DNA of 64,000 bases from Zygnema circumcarinatum SAG 698-1b (lineage: Eukaryota; Plantae; Zygnematophyceae): assembly GCA_037447605.1 (NCBI GenBank), contig CM074809.1, positions 4,020,689 through 4,084,688 on the forward strand, read 5' to 3'. This document shows, one piece after another, positions 46,201 to 59,260 of the stretch. The position numbers were made by a program, and so were the translations under genes. A model generated the notes under the pieces. That model was not told where the DNA came from. It was given only the letters and a program-made list of their open reading frames with translations, and did no database searches. Within the stretch, counting starts at the first letter, position 1, and every line of letters starts with the position of its first letter.

Positions 46201-48910
46201 AAATTTCGTCCATGAACAAAGTTTTCTTGGGTCCTACGATCATCTCTCCTGCAGGTTCAGAACGCACGGGAGGGAGAGGGGGAGGGGAGAGGCAGGCTGA
46301 TGTCAAAGTTTCCCGCCCTCTTAAGGTGCAGCAAGATAACAGAGACATACGGAAAAAAAAATTACCATAAAAATGGACCTGCTCAAATGGAAAAATAGAT
46401 CACCTGTAGTCACCCTCTTCTTTTGCCCTCCAGAGACTCCCCTTAGCATCTCGTTCCCCACCATTGTGTCCGCGCAAATGTCCAAACCCAGGACCTGCGA
46501 AAAGCCACTCATTTAACTTTCAAACCTCGTTCTGCATATCATTTATCTTTACAAAGGTATGCAAAGTGGAGACCTAAAGGATCGCAATGAAAAACAGCTC
46601 AATAAGAAAAGTTGCAGGAGTACATAAGCATCCTACTTTTGCATGCGCCTCTCTCACCCTCTCTCACCCTCTCTCACCCTCACTCACCCTCTCTCACCCT
46701 CTCTCACCCTCTCTCACCCTCTCTCACCCTCTCTCACCCTCTCTCACCCTCTCTCACCCTCTCTCACCCTCTCTCACCTTCATGATATAATCTGTGATGA
46801 CATTCCGGCGGAGTCCCTCAATGGCTGCAGCCTGGCCACACATGCCATACAGAAGCATCGTAGTTAAGGTACACAGCACAAAGAACTAAACAAAGGAAAG
46901 AAAGTTGAAACTCTTCGAAGACGTGGAATTTTTTTCAATCGGTGAAAGGACACGGGGGTTGCCATGTCTACCTTCATGAAAGCGTCGATGACCGGGTCAG
47001 GAGTAATGCCTGTTTCCTTTTCACGTTTCTCAAGTTCCCGCAACAGGTCTGTACACTCAAGTGAGGGATACTGGTGAAAATCGACAAGCAATGGGTCTGC
47101 TGAAAATAGAGATGAATCGTGACTAAAATTCAATCGTTGCCAAACTCAAACAAGAATCTTGAGAAGCAAATCTGCAGAATAAATACCGTTTCTGTAGCTC
47201 GTGCCTTGACAGCGAGCTGAAAAGTCAAGTGTTTCGCGCACAGTCAATGTGCCAATATGGCGGTCGTTCTGACTAATATAGGCAGAAGTCCGCTGCGGAA
47301 TGAAGTCGTCCAAATGCGTCCCATTGTAAGTTATCTCTCCCTCAACCTGAAAAAACAGTGCAGGTAGACATCAGAATACGGAAAGGAATAAACAGCGGCT
47401 CTTGCACCTGAATGAATGGTCATACTGAATCGAGGGCTGGCCCGCCCTTAGTATGCTCATAATCAGTCGAAGAAATAGACGTTTATAGGCCCTACTTAAG
47501 GTATTATGTTCCTAAAATGTAAGGGCTCACTGGCCATAATTACCCGTAGCGACTTGTCGAGCTTTCCTGCGAGAGCAAGCAGCAAGGAAGTCTTTCCGGC
47601 ACCGGGCGGACCAAGGAGGAGAGTCATCCTGTAAAGAATTCGCAATTTTTTTTGGCAATGTCAAAAGATAAATTAGAAACATTAAGTTCTTGGCAATGAC
47701 ATATTCTTGCCGGGTTTCATGTCCAGAACGTGGCAGGCAAGGCAATGGCAGTCGAAAGCTTCGTCTTAAAATTCAGAGAAAGATACCTCTGGAAAGGGTA
47801 GGGCTCGAGGGGATTTTTCACCTGCCAGGCTTTAACACTCCGCTGACATCCTGCAATATAGGAAAGTCCGTTTTCTTGTCCTTTACCCAGAACAAACAGG
47901 ATCCAAAAATCACCTGCAGAAATTGAGATGCACGCCCATGTAAGCTCGCGTATACGATCATCCAGATTGAAAATTTATTACTTTTGCCCGAACATCACTT
48001 TGTCTTGCAAACCACGCAAACAAACAGTGTCGCATTCAGAATGTCAACATACAGCTTCATTTCCCTTACATGTCTGTGCTTTGAAAAAGAAATAGCTTAC
48101 GAAAAAGCGCGGCTGCGCATACTGGTTCATATGGAAGCTACACTTACCTCCAGCATATTCCTTGTGAAGTTCAACAGAGTTGGCAAAGCCCGGCCTCCAA
48201 CAAATACGTCTGCATCGATTGTAAGGTGCTGAAAGCGAACTTCAACAGACGGCAAGTCTATCCCTACCCTGCACTCAAGAGCACGGCAAAATCTTGACTT
48301 TCGGTTAAAGACAGTCAAAACGATTAAACAGTAGACTTTAGTAGCTGGACATTAACAATTAGACCCTAACAATACTCTTGTTGCATAAATGTTGTTACGC
48401 CTTCTCCACAATGACAAAAAAAATTGGAACACTGGGATGGGCTTTAAGAGACTGAAACGAGTAGCTTCCATGAGATCTGCTGAAAGCTTTCAATTTGCTC
48501 CCCGCATCTCGTACGAGTTTCAAACTGGTACATTCAAGTAGACATTGACACGACGAAAAAATTTACCTGTCTATTCGCTCTCTCAGCCGGCGCAAAAGCA
48601 ATTCGTTATCCTGATCCTTGGTATTCAGTGCACGCTCCACCAACTGAAGACGCTGTCGAGCATCGATCTTTCTCAGATCAACTTGCTTTCTCACAACCTG
48701 ACCTCCTGGACTGCTCTCCTCAAGGAATATGCCCGCATTCAGCCTGTCGAAAGTTGGAAGCCGTTGAAGCGCTGCCCACCTAAGGGCTTCCTCATCATCC
48801 ACATCGATTTCTGAATGAGATCTTCGAGAAAGTGAAGCAGCATCGCCTGTTTGGGCATTCCATTCGACTCCAGGGCCTATCCCTACTTCTGGTACAGCGG
48901 ATGATGCCAT
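40235..48910 (-). CDS. Full-size ABCG (PDR) transporter, multi-exon
   Basis: N-terminal [23 protein letters not shown]1 has [26 protein letters not shown] and [20 protein letters not shown]2 has [63 protein letters not shown] and [14 protein letters not shown]2 has [16 protein letters not shown] and the protein ends LNFQRR*. The junctions I checked in the 5' half are canonical. Confidence 0.97.
46651..46780. repeat. 10-bp tandem repeat (CTCTCACCCT) x13 at the start of an ABCG intron
   Basis: There are 13 units, with one CACTCACCCT variant. The array starts at the splice donor (exon ends at 46778 on the - strand). Confidence 0.95.
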
Positions 48911-49718
48911 AGAGCACGTGAGGGATGTCCGCTATACCTTTTTTATCCTTTCCAATATCCAGCTGAGCAACAGTAGTCCCCAATTGAGCCAGTAAATGAG
49001 CCTACTTCCGTCTTTTCCACTTCAATATGAAAGAATACTTGAAATTGAAGTGAGAAGGAGATCTCTAGCAGCTGAGGCGTACGGAGGGACGTCTCTCTTG
49101 CTGCCCCTCTACTTCCCTCGTCCCCCTCCCTCCACCTCCCCTCTCCTCCAAGAGTTCTCCGCCTCTTCTTTCGGACTGATCGGTGGGCAGCTGAATATAT
49201 AGGGAGAGGACGCGTGGCAAGGAGGCAGCGAGGTGACGCCATGGCGGTGCAGGAAGGCGCCACGGGTGCAGGGCCGCAGCAGTACCAGGAGGTGCCTGGA
49301 AGCCGACCTCGACATGATGCCAGCGCTTCCAATGTGTGACCCAGGATAGTAGTTTGTTTCATTTTTTTTTTGAATGTCGTGTAGACGGAAATATTTTCGG
49401 ATCAAGATTATAATTTGTTTTAAACTTTTTTTTAAATGAGAAGTTTGGCAGAGGAGAATCGGTGGGGCTCAAGATTATAGTTTGTCTCAATTTTTTTTCT
49501 GGAAAGACGGGAATGGGTGATCAAGATTATAATTTGTTTCAGCTCTTTTTTGTGGAAAGTTTGGCAAGCTGGATGTACAAGTAGGTTTTGTTGGGTGACC
49601 GGGAAGATGGGAAAAGGGACGCGAGGATTGGTTCTCACTTTTTTTTTATGAACAGAAATTTTCCCTTGTTGACAGTAAATTAGAAATTGGAGTCTGGTCA
49701 AGTAAAAAAATTGGTGAC

Positions 49719-49792
49719 TACGTGGCGATAACTAATTCGCAGTCTTGAATTGTGATACGTGCCGATAACTAATTCGCAGTCTTGAATTGTGA
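49719..49792. repeat. 37-bp tandem duplication
   Basis: TACGTG(G/C)CGATAACTAATTCGCAGTCTTGAATTGTGA occurs at 49719-49755 and 49756-49792, with one mismatch. Confidence 0.95.
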
Positions 49793-49967
49793 ACATGGTT
49801 GTAATTTGTACGAGCGTATTAAATCACCTGTCGTACAAAAGTGGAATACTTTTGTTTTGAGTAATTCTCTCGTTCACAAAAAACTTTTTAGCAGCCAATT
49901 TTTTGTGAAAGGGAGGACTTTTTTAATTCTCACACCAAGTTTCAAGGAATTCATTTTGTCGGCGTGA

Positions 49968-50345
49968 TGTGCCACGTCGGACGCTCGTTTCGCCAGCCGC
50001 CGTACACTCCCAAGGAAGCTTCGTCGTCTGTGGCTGACGTGCGAGAACCTTTTGCAATCTGCCCGAGAAAAGCGGGCAGCAGGCCACTTGCCGGATGAGT
50101 CCAAGGCAGCGTCAGGGCCGTACACAAAACTGCCCACCGTGCACCGAACTTTCGCTCGGGCCACTTCACCACGTGGCCACCAGGCAGCGCCCGAGCGTGG
50201 CAGGATTGTCACGGCCTGCCGCGTGGCAGCCTGACGACAGTGATCACCTTGACTGAACTTGACGCGATCCGCACGTGGCATGACGGTACGCGACATGCCC
50301 CCCAGAGGCTGGGAACTAATGGTTGCGCTGAGTTACACGTGCGAT
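49968..50345. promoter_or_regulatory. G-box/ABRE-rich block in the divergent ABCG-MSH7 intergenic region
   Basis: Contains GCCACGTC, GCTGACGTG, CCACGTGGCC, GCGTGGCA x2, GCACGTGGCA and ACACGTGC. Similar blocks lie at about 1020-1090, 17660-18030 and 26665-26785. Confidence 0.45.
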
Positions 50346-50761
50346 GAGCCGTAGGTCGGTGGGTTGTCCTTCCGCTACGTCTATATGCCGAACCGAACAT
50401 TAACTGGGACAGCGCGGAACTGTACCAGTTCGAGTTGGGGCCGTCTCCATGTTGCGCCAGTTGAGTATAACTGTGCAGGCAATGCACGGACATAGATCGT
50501 GCCGCATGCATGCACGTTCCTCATTTCCGGACCTGGCCAGCTCCAAATCGCCCGTGTGCAACTGCAAACCTGAGCGCCAAATTTGAACAATGCCCGCAAC
50601 TTTTTCCCGCTCCATTTGTTTCAATTTTTGAAGCGCCAAAGAGCGCCTTGTGCACCTCTCCTTTTCAGGACTGCAATAGCCATATGTTTGTATGACCGCA
50701 TTCTTTCGCTTCTTCGCTTTCTAAGCTCCTCTGTACAGCAGCTGATTACGCGCAGGAAGGT

Positions 50762-53700
50762 ATGTCTCAGTGTTCCCTCCACAGCTTCTTCGAGAGGCGA
50801 ACTCCCAATCCGAGCAAATCTAATTGCGGAGTCGACGCTGATTCTGAAGCAGCAGCTCGCCATCCTGTAATTGAGCCCGCAGTTTCAAAGTCAGAGGGCA
50901 GTTCAGGTGGGTTTCCCGCACATATCAAGCCTGTAACGTATGGGAGACGAGGGCTGAACAGGCTGCTGCAGGAGCAGCAGAAGCAGCTCTCTGGAGGGGA
51001 AGTTAGGGAAAATAGCACCGAAAGCACTGCTCCGAAAACGCCTGCCTTACAAACTTCACCCCTAGCAGTCAAGAAGAGATTTAGGGAGGACACAAGCGGT
51101 GAGACTGTTACGGGAAGTCCCTTGAAAGCACGAGCTTCAGGAGGCTCAGTCAATAATCATATTGACGATGACGAAGCTGATGCGGATGGTGGTGGAACGA
51201 GGCGACATGTCGGCTTTGACGGAGCGACGGATGCAACAAACTCACCCAGTAGTATTGAGTCTGCAAAGCGGAGAAAGAGATTTCTTGAAGCAGTTGGAGA
51301 GGAGGATTACGCAGCTGCAGGAAAAGCTGGAGCATGGGCGGAGGCGCGGCGAAGTATTGAATGGTTGCATCCTGCAAGAGTGAGAGACGGGAATGGGAGG
51401 AGGCCGGGAGAGCCGGGATATGATAAAAGGACGGTGACTGTGCCACCTGAGGTTTTGAAGGGGAAATCAAAGTCTCAGCGCCAATATTGGGAGACGAAAT
51501 GCAAGTATATGGACACTCTGCTTTTTTTCAAAGTGGTGAGGTTCTGCACTTACTTGATTTTAGGTTAGAATACATACTCAGCAACTATAAAAAAGTTGTT
51601 TACTCAAGATTGATAAGTTGTCTAAATCAATGACAGACGAGGAGAGAATACTAATGCATTTTCCCATAGCTCTTTGGTTAAGAATAGAAAGCTATTCTGA
51701 AGGAGTTCCCTTCGGATGTGAACCGACTCTCGTTCTCCGGAACACGAAGTCATGTGTTTTGACTATGTTGACAATGATTTAGTATGTCGGACGTTTGGCT
51801 ATGGGCTCTTACAATTGTTGTTTATAGGATTTTGGCGCCTTTGACGATGTTTCTATTGTTGTACGATTGAATATTTGATTTGGTTAATGAATCATTCATG
51901 GCATGATTGATTGTTATTTTATTTTCTCTTACAGTTTTATGGTTGAGGGATTGGTGCCGTATGCAGGGGAAATTCTACGAGCTGTATGAGCTGGATGCAG
52001 AAATAGGCCACCGAGAGCTTGACTGGAAGCTTACTGTCAGCGGGGTGGGAAAGTGTTTGCAGGTAATTGACTTGTGATTTGCTTCCAAGTATGCCACCTC
52101 AATTGGTTCAAATAAGAGATACAAACCTGAAGGCATAGTCGGTTCAGATGACTCTTGTCCGAATTGCGCTGAGTCTTCAGCGTTTTTAAGGTTTGTCAAT
52201 CGACTGATGTTTAGTTCGTCACTACTGCAGGTTGGTGTCCCTGAGAGCGGTGTCGAGGATGCCGTCCGAAAATTGGTGGCAAGAGGGTGAGTTACATTCT
52301 ACTGGCTATTCAAGCCCCGTATTCCCTGATGACTGATCGTTTAAAATAGTGTCAGTTAACTTTGAGAGCGCAAAATGAGTGTCGGCTACAGTATGAATTC
52401 GAGTCGCTGAAGAAGTAGTCTTCTTGTCACGTGCACCTGCAGAAGATGTAGACAATGAAGAATGTGCCCTAGTGTTGTTGTGCAATATACATTGGCATCG
52501 CGTCGCATCCGAATAGTTGCCAATATGGCGCCTGATGTCTTTGCTATGAGAGCATGAAATTGGTGAAAACAGGTATAAAGTTGGCCGAATGGAACAGGTG
52601 GAGACAGGGGAGGAAGCAAAAGCCAAGCGAGGACCACAAGCGGTAAAGGATTTAGAGGATTTTTAGGGTCACTATCTAGCTTGGATGAGGAAAAAGAATT
52701 GGCAGTAAGGTTATCTTTAGGCCATAATTAACAAGCAAAGTGTATATTTCAATATTTCACTCTCTTTTCTCTCACAAGAATGCACATTCTTCCACATGGA
52801 CATGCTTAGCAATAACTAAAGTTTGGAACCTAATACGGTGAACTAAGCATTTGAATAAGCTCCCAGACTCTCCACCTTAGTGCTTGGTTGGTGGCAGGTA
52901 CACGTCATAGGTTTCCTGTATAATATTCTAATATTTAATCTTGAATTCAACTGTGCTTTCAACAGATGGTGAAAAGAGTTCTCACGCAAGTGCAGACCCC
53001 TGCCACTGTAGCGGAGGATCTTCAACCAGAAGCTGTGCATCTGCTAGCCATCAAAGAGGTTTGTGCTTGATGAAGATGTTTAACTGAGTTAATCAGCTCG
53101 TTGTTTGAGATTTCAAAAAAGGTTACTTATTATAGAAGAGACAACCAGAGTCAAGCTGTTTCCTTTCGAGGTTTGCAGCAGATTGGCCTGCCCAGGTTGA
53201 CCCGAAATCACTCCACCATGAACAGTTCGAGCCCCACTATCCTATGTATCGCTTCTCTTCTACCCAGAAAAGCCATTGTTATGAATAGGTCAGACTATTC
53301 TCACATTCCCCAGTATTTTATCTGGTGCAGGTGCCTCTCTCCCTCCATGAAAGTGGCAGCCAGGGTGTCCTACAGGCATCACTTTCTCAAGGAAGTGGAG
53401 CTGTCCTTTTCGGTTTTGCTTTTGCGGATGCGGCGGCTGGTCGGTTCTACGTGGGTTCCATGCGAGATGATTCGTCTCGTGCAGCTTTGACCGCATTACT
53501 TATGCAGGTGAGCAGTAACGTTAGGCGAAATGGTACATGTTTTATGCGATATTGACATGTGCTGCAAGGCGTTGCTTTTAGAAGTAAAGCAGGTATTGCT
53601 ATGCAGAAAACGAAAAAACGGGCCGTAGGTGCTTTGGCTTACGTATTCACATGCACAAACTGCTTCCAATAGCACATGGTGTACAGGTCAATCAGTCAGA

Positions 53701-56700
53701 AGACATTTCAGACGAAAGAGTTAAAACAGCAGCTAATGGAGATACGAAGGACATGGAATGCATTTATGCACTTGCTGTTGATGAATACATCTTATTTTTT
53801 CATTATAATGACCTACCTTTGACATGTTCACCTTTTGTGTGCATTGAGGCAAGCGCTCCTTTTGACACATGGCTTCGTTCTATTTTTCCTTGCCAGGTTG
53901 CGCCACAAGAAATTCTGTATGAAGTGGGAGGTCAGCAACCTTGCTCGTTTGTTTCTGTGGGGGTTAGTGCGGTTAGCTTTTGGTAGCTTTAGCTTGGATA
54001 ACTTTTTCTTCCCTTGCTAATCCTAGGGAAGTGAGAATGAAACTGCATGCATGGATGGTTTGCAGGTGTAACTGCTGAAACGCGGAAGGCAATCCGCACT
54101 GCAAAAGGACCTGGTGAGTACACGTTGATGCCTTAGAAATTGACAAAAGATAGAACGCTGGTGGGCGTCGGATCTTTATGGTCTAAGCCATGATTTAGAC
54201 TAGTTTCAGGCTTAGAGATGGCAAGCTCCAACAGCTTCGAAATCTACTAAGGAGAAGTGATCTTGAGGAAGTTGAAGTTTCGTTGTCATCATGCTAAGGT
54301 CCTCATTTTTTTTTTTTTTTCCTCCCGCATTCCCTCACTCTCCTCTTGTCCCACTAACTCATACGTATTCTTTTGATGACCTTGTCGTTACCTGCAGGTT
54401 TGCTGCCCCTGCAAGCCACGCCTATGAACCCAGGATCAGAATTCTTAGACCCTGAAGTTGCCGTTCAAACCCTCGATGCTAAGGGATTTTTCCAACCAAT
54501 GCTATCCGGCACGGGAACTCGACAGCCAAATAGTGGAGGTCTCATGGAAGTGCTGGCGCAGCTTACAGGGGAAGGAGACCCTAGATTAGCTGGGAGTGCC
54601 CTTTCAGCGCTCGTTTTCCACTTGCAGCGATTCAAGGTGACGACATGGATTATCTATAATTGTCACCTTAGGTTCAGGAAGGTAGCGTCAGACTTTTGAA
54701 CATTAACGCTGGGAGTTGCATAATGCCCAAGATTAAAACTAGCTGAGTGACATGAAGACTGGAAGTTAGGACCAATGAAATGTGAGTAAGCATTGACCAA
54801 ATGTTTTAGGCATCTATGTGAGGCTTTTTTATCTTTTCTTTAGCGACTTCAACTTGGCTGCAAGCTCAGCTCTTCCTGCTTTTGTCTCTTCCCGCGCAGT
54901 TGGATGGTGAAATGCTGCCCCATGGCCAGCTTTTGCCTTACGAAGTTTACATGGGGTCGCTCCGCTTGGACGGACAAACATTGAGGAATCTTGAATTACT
55001 TGAAAACATCGAGGATGGCAGCAAAAATGGTGAGAGCACGTCCTTTCCATTATTTGACAAAATCTCGGAAAGCCGATAATCGTGATGCCTTCAGAAAACT
55101 CTCGTCTTCAGTGGGCTTGACCTGTTTTTGGTGGGAAGCTAGCTCACATATAGAGCACTTCGCTGCATTCGGGAATCCTTACAGGTTGGATGCAAGAACG
55201 AAAGGAAAGACAGTTTTTGAATCTTCCAATGCATACTCTTAACTGTGCTAGTCTATTTCAAATTTACTTGTCTCCTCTTTGCATTCAGGATCATTGTTCA
55301 ATTATCTTGATTCGTGCTCCACACCAACTGGCAAGCGCCTTCTTCGTCGCTGGATCTGCCGTCCGTTGCGCTCTGTGCATGCCATTGAAGAGCGACTGGA
55401 CGCAGTGGATGAGTTGATTTCACAGCCACAGATGGCAGCCTCTCTTTCATCAGGGCTTCGGAGGCTTCCTGATATTGAGCGACTAATTGGGAGAATGCGG
55501 AGCATGGCTGGCACATCAGGAGTTGGGATTGTGCCGATGGCAGCAGGCCAAACTCACAAGAAAAGGGTGAGTTGGTAGTAGCTGGAGGATAGCTGGGGTT
55601 TCTGCAAAGACTGGCTTGTCATCTACGCAGAGACTGGCTGAGCTGCACATCAATATCCCTTATGAACATCGTCATAGTGGTACATTCAGGGTAGAGTTAA
55701 AATACTGAAATTTGTCAGTGGCCACGATCTGGATTGTTAAGCCTACAGGTATACCATGTGAATTGTCAATGGGTCCTGCAACAAGCATTAGTTCCTTTGT
55801 AACTAATTTAGGAGAATCATGGCTGCACTCGTTTCCCTCGCCATGACGGTCTGCATTGCTTCAATTTTTTTGTCAGTAACCACCCTGACTTCTACTTTTC
55901 TTTGGTGCTTCAGCTCAAAGCCTTCGCTATGACAGTGAAAGGAACCCGTGAGGCTTGCAATCTTCTGGCTGACTTGAAGCGCGGTTTCGATGGGAGTCCC
56001 CCAACGTCAAGTCTTCTTGTAGCAGCTGTACGAATTTTAGAAAACAATGCCGCACTGGAGATGTTGGAGGAGGTGGGGGCCGTCATTTCATGGCCAACAA
56101 ACAAACGTGATGGAGTGACGTTGCGTGTAGAGGTAAGAATCAGCATGCCATTTATCAATGCAAAATAGTCTATGGTTTGAACCCGAAGATTAAATGACCC
56201 CTTGGCAGAAGGAAGGGAAGTAAGGTTCTGACCTTCTGGGACTGTTGATTTTGCTGCAGGCGATGGAACACCTGTCCGAGGAGGTAGAAGACGAGGACGA
56301 AGACAGCACAGAGAGGGAGGCTCGAATGTTGAGTGAACTTTTGCGGTTGTTTAATGAACATACTCTGACATGGACAGCAATTAGTGAAGCTCTTGCACGA
56401 ATAGATGTCCTCCTTGCGTTTGCAGCAGCAGCAACCTCATCGGAAGGAGCTATGTGCCGACCAACTTTCGTGTCATTTAGTGAAAGCAATGAAAAAGACG
56501 GGGCTAAGCAAAGTTCCATGGAATTTCATCAGTCTAGAAGTCGTTCTCAGAGTCTTGCTGGAAGCTCCCTCGATTTCGGCTTGGACTCAGAGGAGGAAGT
56601 GGGGGCAAAAAAACTAAAGGAGGGTGCAGAGATGGGTAGAAGTGTGTTGAGCTCGAACGGGGAAAGCTGTCTTAAAGCGGTGGGGCTATGGCATCCCTAT

Positions 56701-58472
56701 GCTGTTGGAGGAGGAGGGGGGGCTGTAGTTTCTAATGATGTAACTATCGGCATGAAGGGGACCAACGGAGAGAACGTTCCAAGGGCTATGCTGCTGACGG
56801 GGCCAAACATGGGTGGGAAATCAACTCTTCTGAGAGCCGTCTGCCTTGGAGTAATCATGGCGCAGGTGATTATTTTATCTTGACATATTTGCGTCGCGAA
56901 GTAAGCTTGTGAATAATTTCTTTTCTCTTGGCAGAAGAAGAGATAGGCAGGTCGTAGTAGTCAGAAGTAAGCAGAAGAGTCTTGAATAGTGAGTGCCCTT
57001 GAAAACTGGATTGGTGGGTTATCTGATGTTTTAGGTAGGTGAAATGTGGTCTATGAAGCTGTCATAGGTCTTTTAGATGTCATAGGAATTACCGCCTGAA
57101 GCGATGTTTCTTGACACAGCAATTGGAAGTCATCATTCTATCGGGGCATAGTGCTACAGCTCACATTTCAATGGTGCTCATCTAACTTTCGTTGTCGGTA
57201 ACTTGCCGCAGCTGGGCTCCCATGTCGCAGCAGAGTCATTTATACTTTCTCCAGTTGATACAATCTTCACAAGGCTTGGAGCTAGCGATCGCATTATGTC
57301 TGGAGAAAGTGAGTACATATCAGTCTCATTTATAGTTCGCTCAAGGCCTTCATGAACCTGTATTTTGTAAGGAGCTTCATTGTTATCAGTGTAATTGCTC
57401 AGGAGATGAGGAAGTAGCAGAACTCCTTGGTCGTGAGGTGCTCCTTGAAGGATTTTAAAGCTTTAGTCAAGCTTTAATCAAGTATGGTGCTGCGTTTGGG
57501 AACCCTACAGGTACTTTCATGGTAGAGTGTAATGAAGCCGCCTCTGTTCTCCATCATGCAACAAAGGAATCACTTGTTGTGCTGGACGAGCTCGGTCGAG
57601 GAACCTCCACCTTCGATGGATATTCTATTGCATATGCGGTACTGGGCTTTCCATCTTCTTATCTAGACCCCACCTCTCCTACCTTGTGTAATACTGTCAA
57701 GATTTGTCCTGTGAACTCCCCTATTGTCTCTCACCATGGCCTCACAAAAGGCAATTTGGTATGAAGGGAAGAGGATCTCATGTGTGATGACATGTTTTCT
57801 TCTGGAACCTTGTGGCTTTCTGAACTGCAGGTGCTCAAGCATTTGACCGAGACCCTTGACTGCCGACTCCTCTTTGCCACTCACTACCACCCCCTCACTG
57901 CAGAATTTGCCCACAGTCCGTATGTCAGTCTTCGCCACATGGCGTGCTTGTTCCGATCCGAAAACGAAACTCTTGAAGGAGATAGCCATCCCTGTGACGG
58001 AGAGCATCAGACGGAGAGGAAGAGGCTTGACGACGGTAGGGAAGGGCCCTCTGAATCCTCTCCAGAGAGTGGTTTTGCAGTAGGTCCTCCAAATGAGCAG
58101 CTTGTGTTTTTGTACAAGCTCAAGGAAGGCGCCTGCCCGAAAAGTTATGGACTTCAGGTGGCGAAGTTGGCGGGAATACCAGGGAACGTGGTGGAAAGGG
58201 CGGCCCAGGCAGCTGAAAAAATGCATGGGCAGCTTGTCAATACTTTCGATGCTGCAACGTATGGTGGCGGCCTCTTGGACCTTCACAGGGAGTGGCTCCT
58301 TGGTGTCCTGGACGCACAAGCTTCTCTTATTAAAGCTGAGAAGAACGGGGGAGGAGGAGAAGGCAGCACGGCCCATCATGATGATGGGAATAGTGCTGGT
58401 TTAGGGATTCAAGAAGACGGCATGGATACCATGCTATGCATTTGGTCGGAAATGATGAAATCTGCCATTTGA
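50762..58472 (+). CDS. MSH7: DNA mismatch repair protein MSH7 (MSH6-like, plant-specific), multi-exon
   Basis: MutS-I reads [17 protein letters not shown]|[32 protein letters not shown]|[19 protein letters not shown]|YKVGRMEQ. MutS-II has [16 protein letters not shown] and MutS-III has [15 protein letters not shown]. The ATPase has [34 protein letters not shown] and SYGLQVA. There is no Tudor/PWWP domain and the lever/clamp segment is very short. The SGVGKC-Q-VG signature fits MSH7 rather than MSH6. Confidence 0.9.
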
Positions 58473-59260
58473 GAGGCGCGATGGGAGAAGCGGCACTATT
58501 AGAAGGGGTTTCTCTCGTCCTTATCCGTTGGGTGACAAGTGTGAGGGACGGGCGCCCTAATATTTTGCGACGAGTCAGAAAAAGCAAAGTCTTAACTTGT
58601 CCAAATTGTACACAACAACCTTTTTCTTATTAAAATAGTCCAGACATTTGAAGCCTCCATTTGAAGGGGAAATGATGTGGCATGCGCATGCCCCTTTGAA
58701 TATAGCCACAGCCTCCAACAGGCGCTCGCTCGTTTGTGCCCACAGCACACGCAAAAGGAAAATCCACAATGACCCTCTCTCTGGATGCAGTCCGTACCGC
58801 CCCAAATCTCCAGCCGCGCCCCCATTGGCTCCCGCGGATGGGCCCCGCGCCGCCCAATCGCGGGCCGCCTTCTCACCGTCATGCCACCCTGCCCAAAATT
58901 TATCGTCTAAACATTTGTCTGCCCGAGTAGTCGCAGCCCGAAGACACTCCCTGCTCCTTTTGACTTCGTCCGGGCAGGCCAAACTGAGAGTTTCATCCTT
59001 GCCCGTACTTTCCTGCCCGTTCGTCTCGCTGCCCGTCCCCCGCTCTGTACTGTCTCCTCCAACTTACAACCCTCCAGTCTCTCTCTCATCCCTTGCCCCT
59101 CCCTCCCTCCCTGCTCCTTCCCACTGTTTCCTATCAAGATACGTAAGTTGCAAAACCGTAATCTTGGAGTTTGCTGCTCCCTGAGCATAGTAGGGAGTTT
59201 CTGAGTCTCTGGGCCCCTATCTTGGAACGGCTGTTGGTGCTAGCCTCGCCGTTGGCAGCC

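Noticed and set aside
1530-48910. SCPL pair plus ABCG as a specialised-metabolite gene cluster
   Set aside because: Both SCPLs carry GESYAG (clade II peptidase type), not the GDSYSG typical of clade IA acyltransferases. The ABCG lies 27 kb away behind unrelated housekeeping genes, and no scaffold-forming enzyme is present.
48943-49362. Minus-strand ORF upstream of ABCG as a conserved uORF
   Set aside because: It spans a probable leader intron and GA-rich sequence, and conservation cannot be shown from this window.
46651-49792. Tandem repeats (10-bp and 37-bp here, 20-bp at 31240) as CRISPR-like arrays
   Set aside because: The units are contiguous with no unique spacers, there are no cas genes, and the context is eukaryotic.
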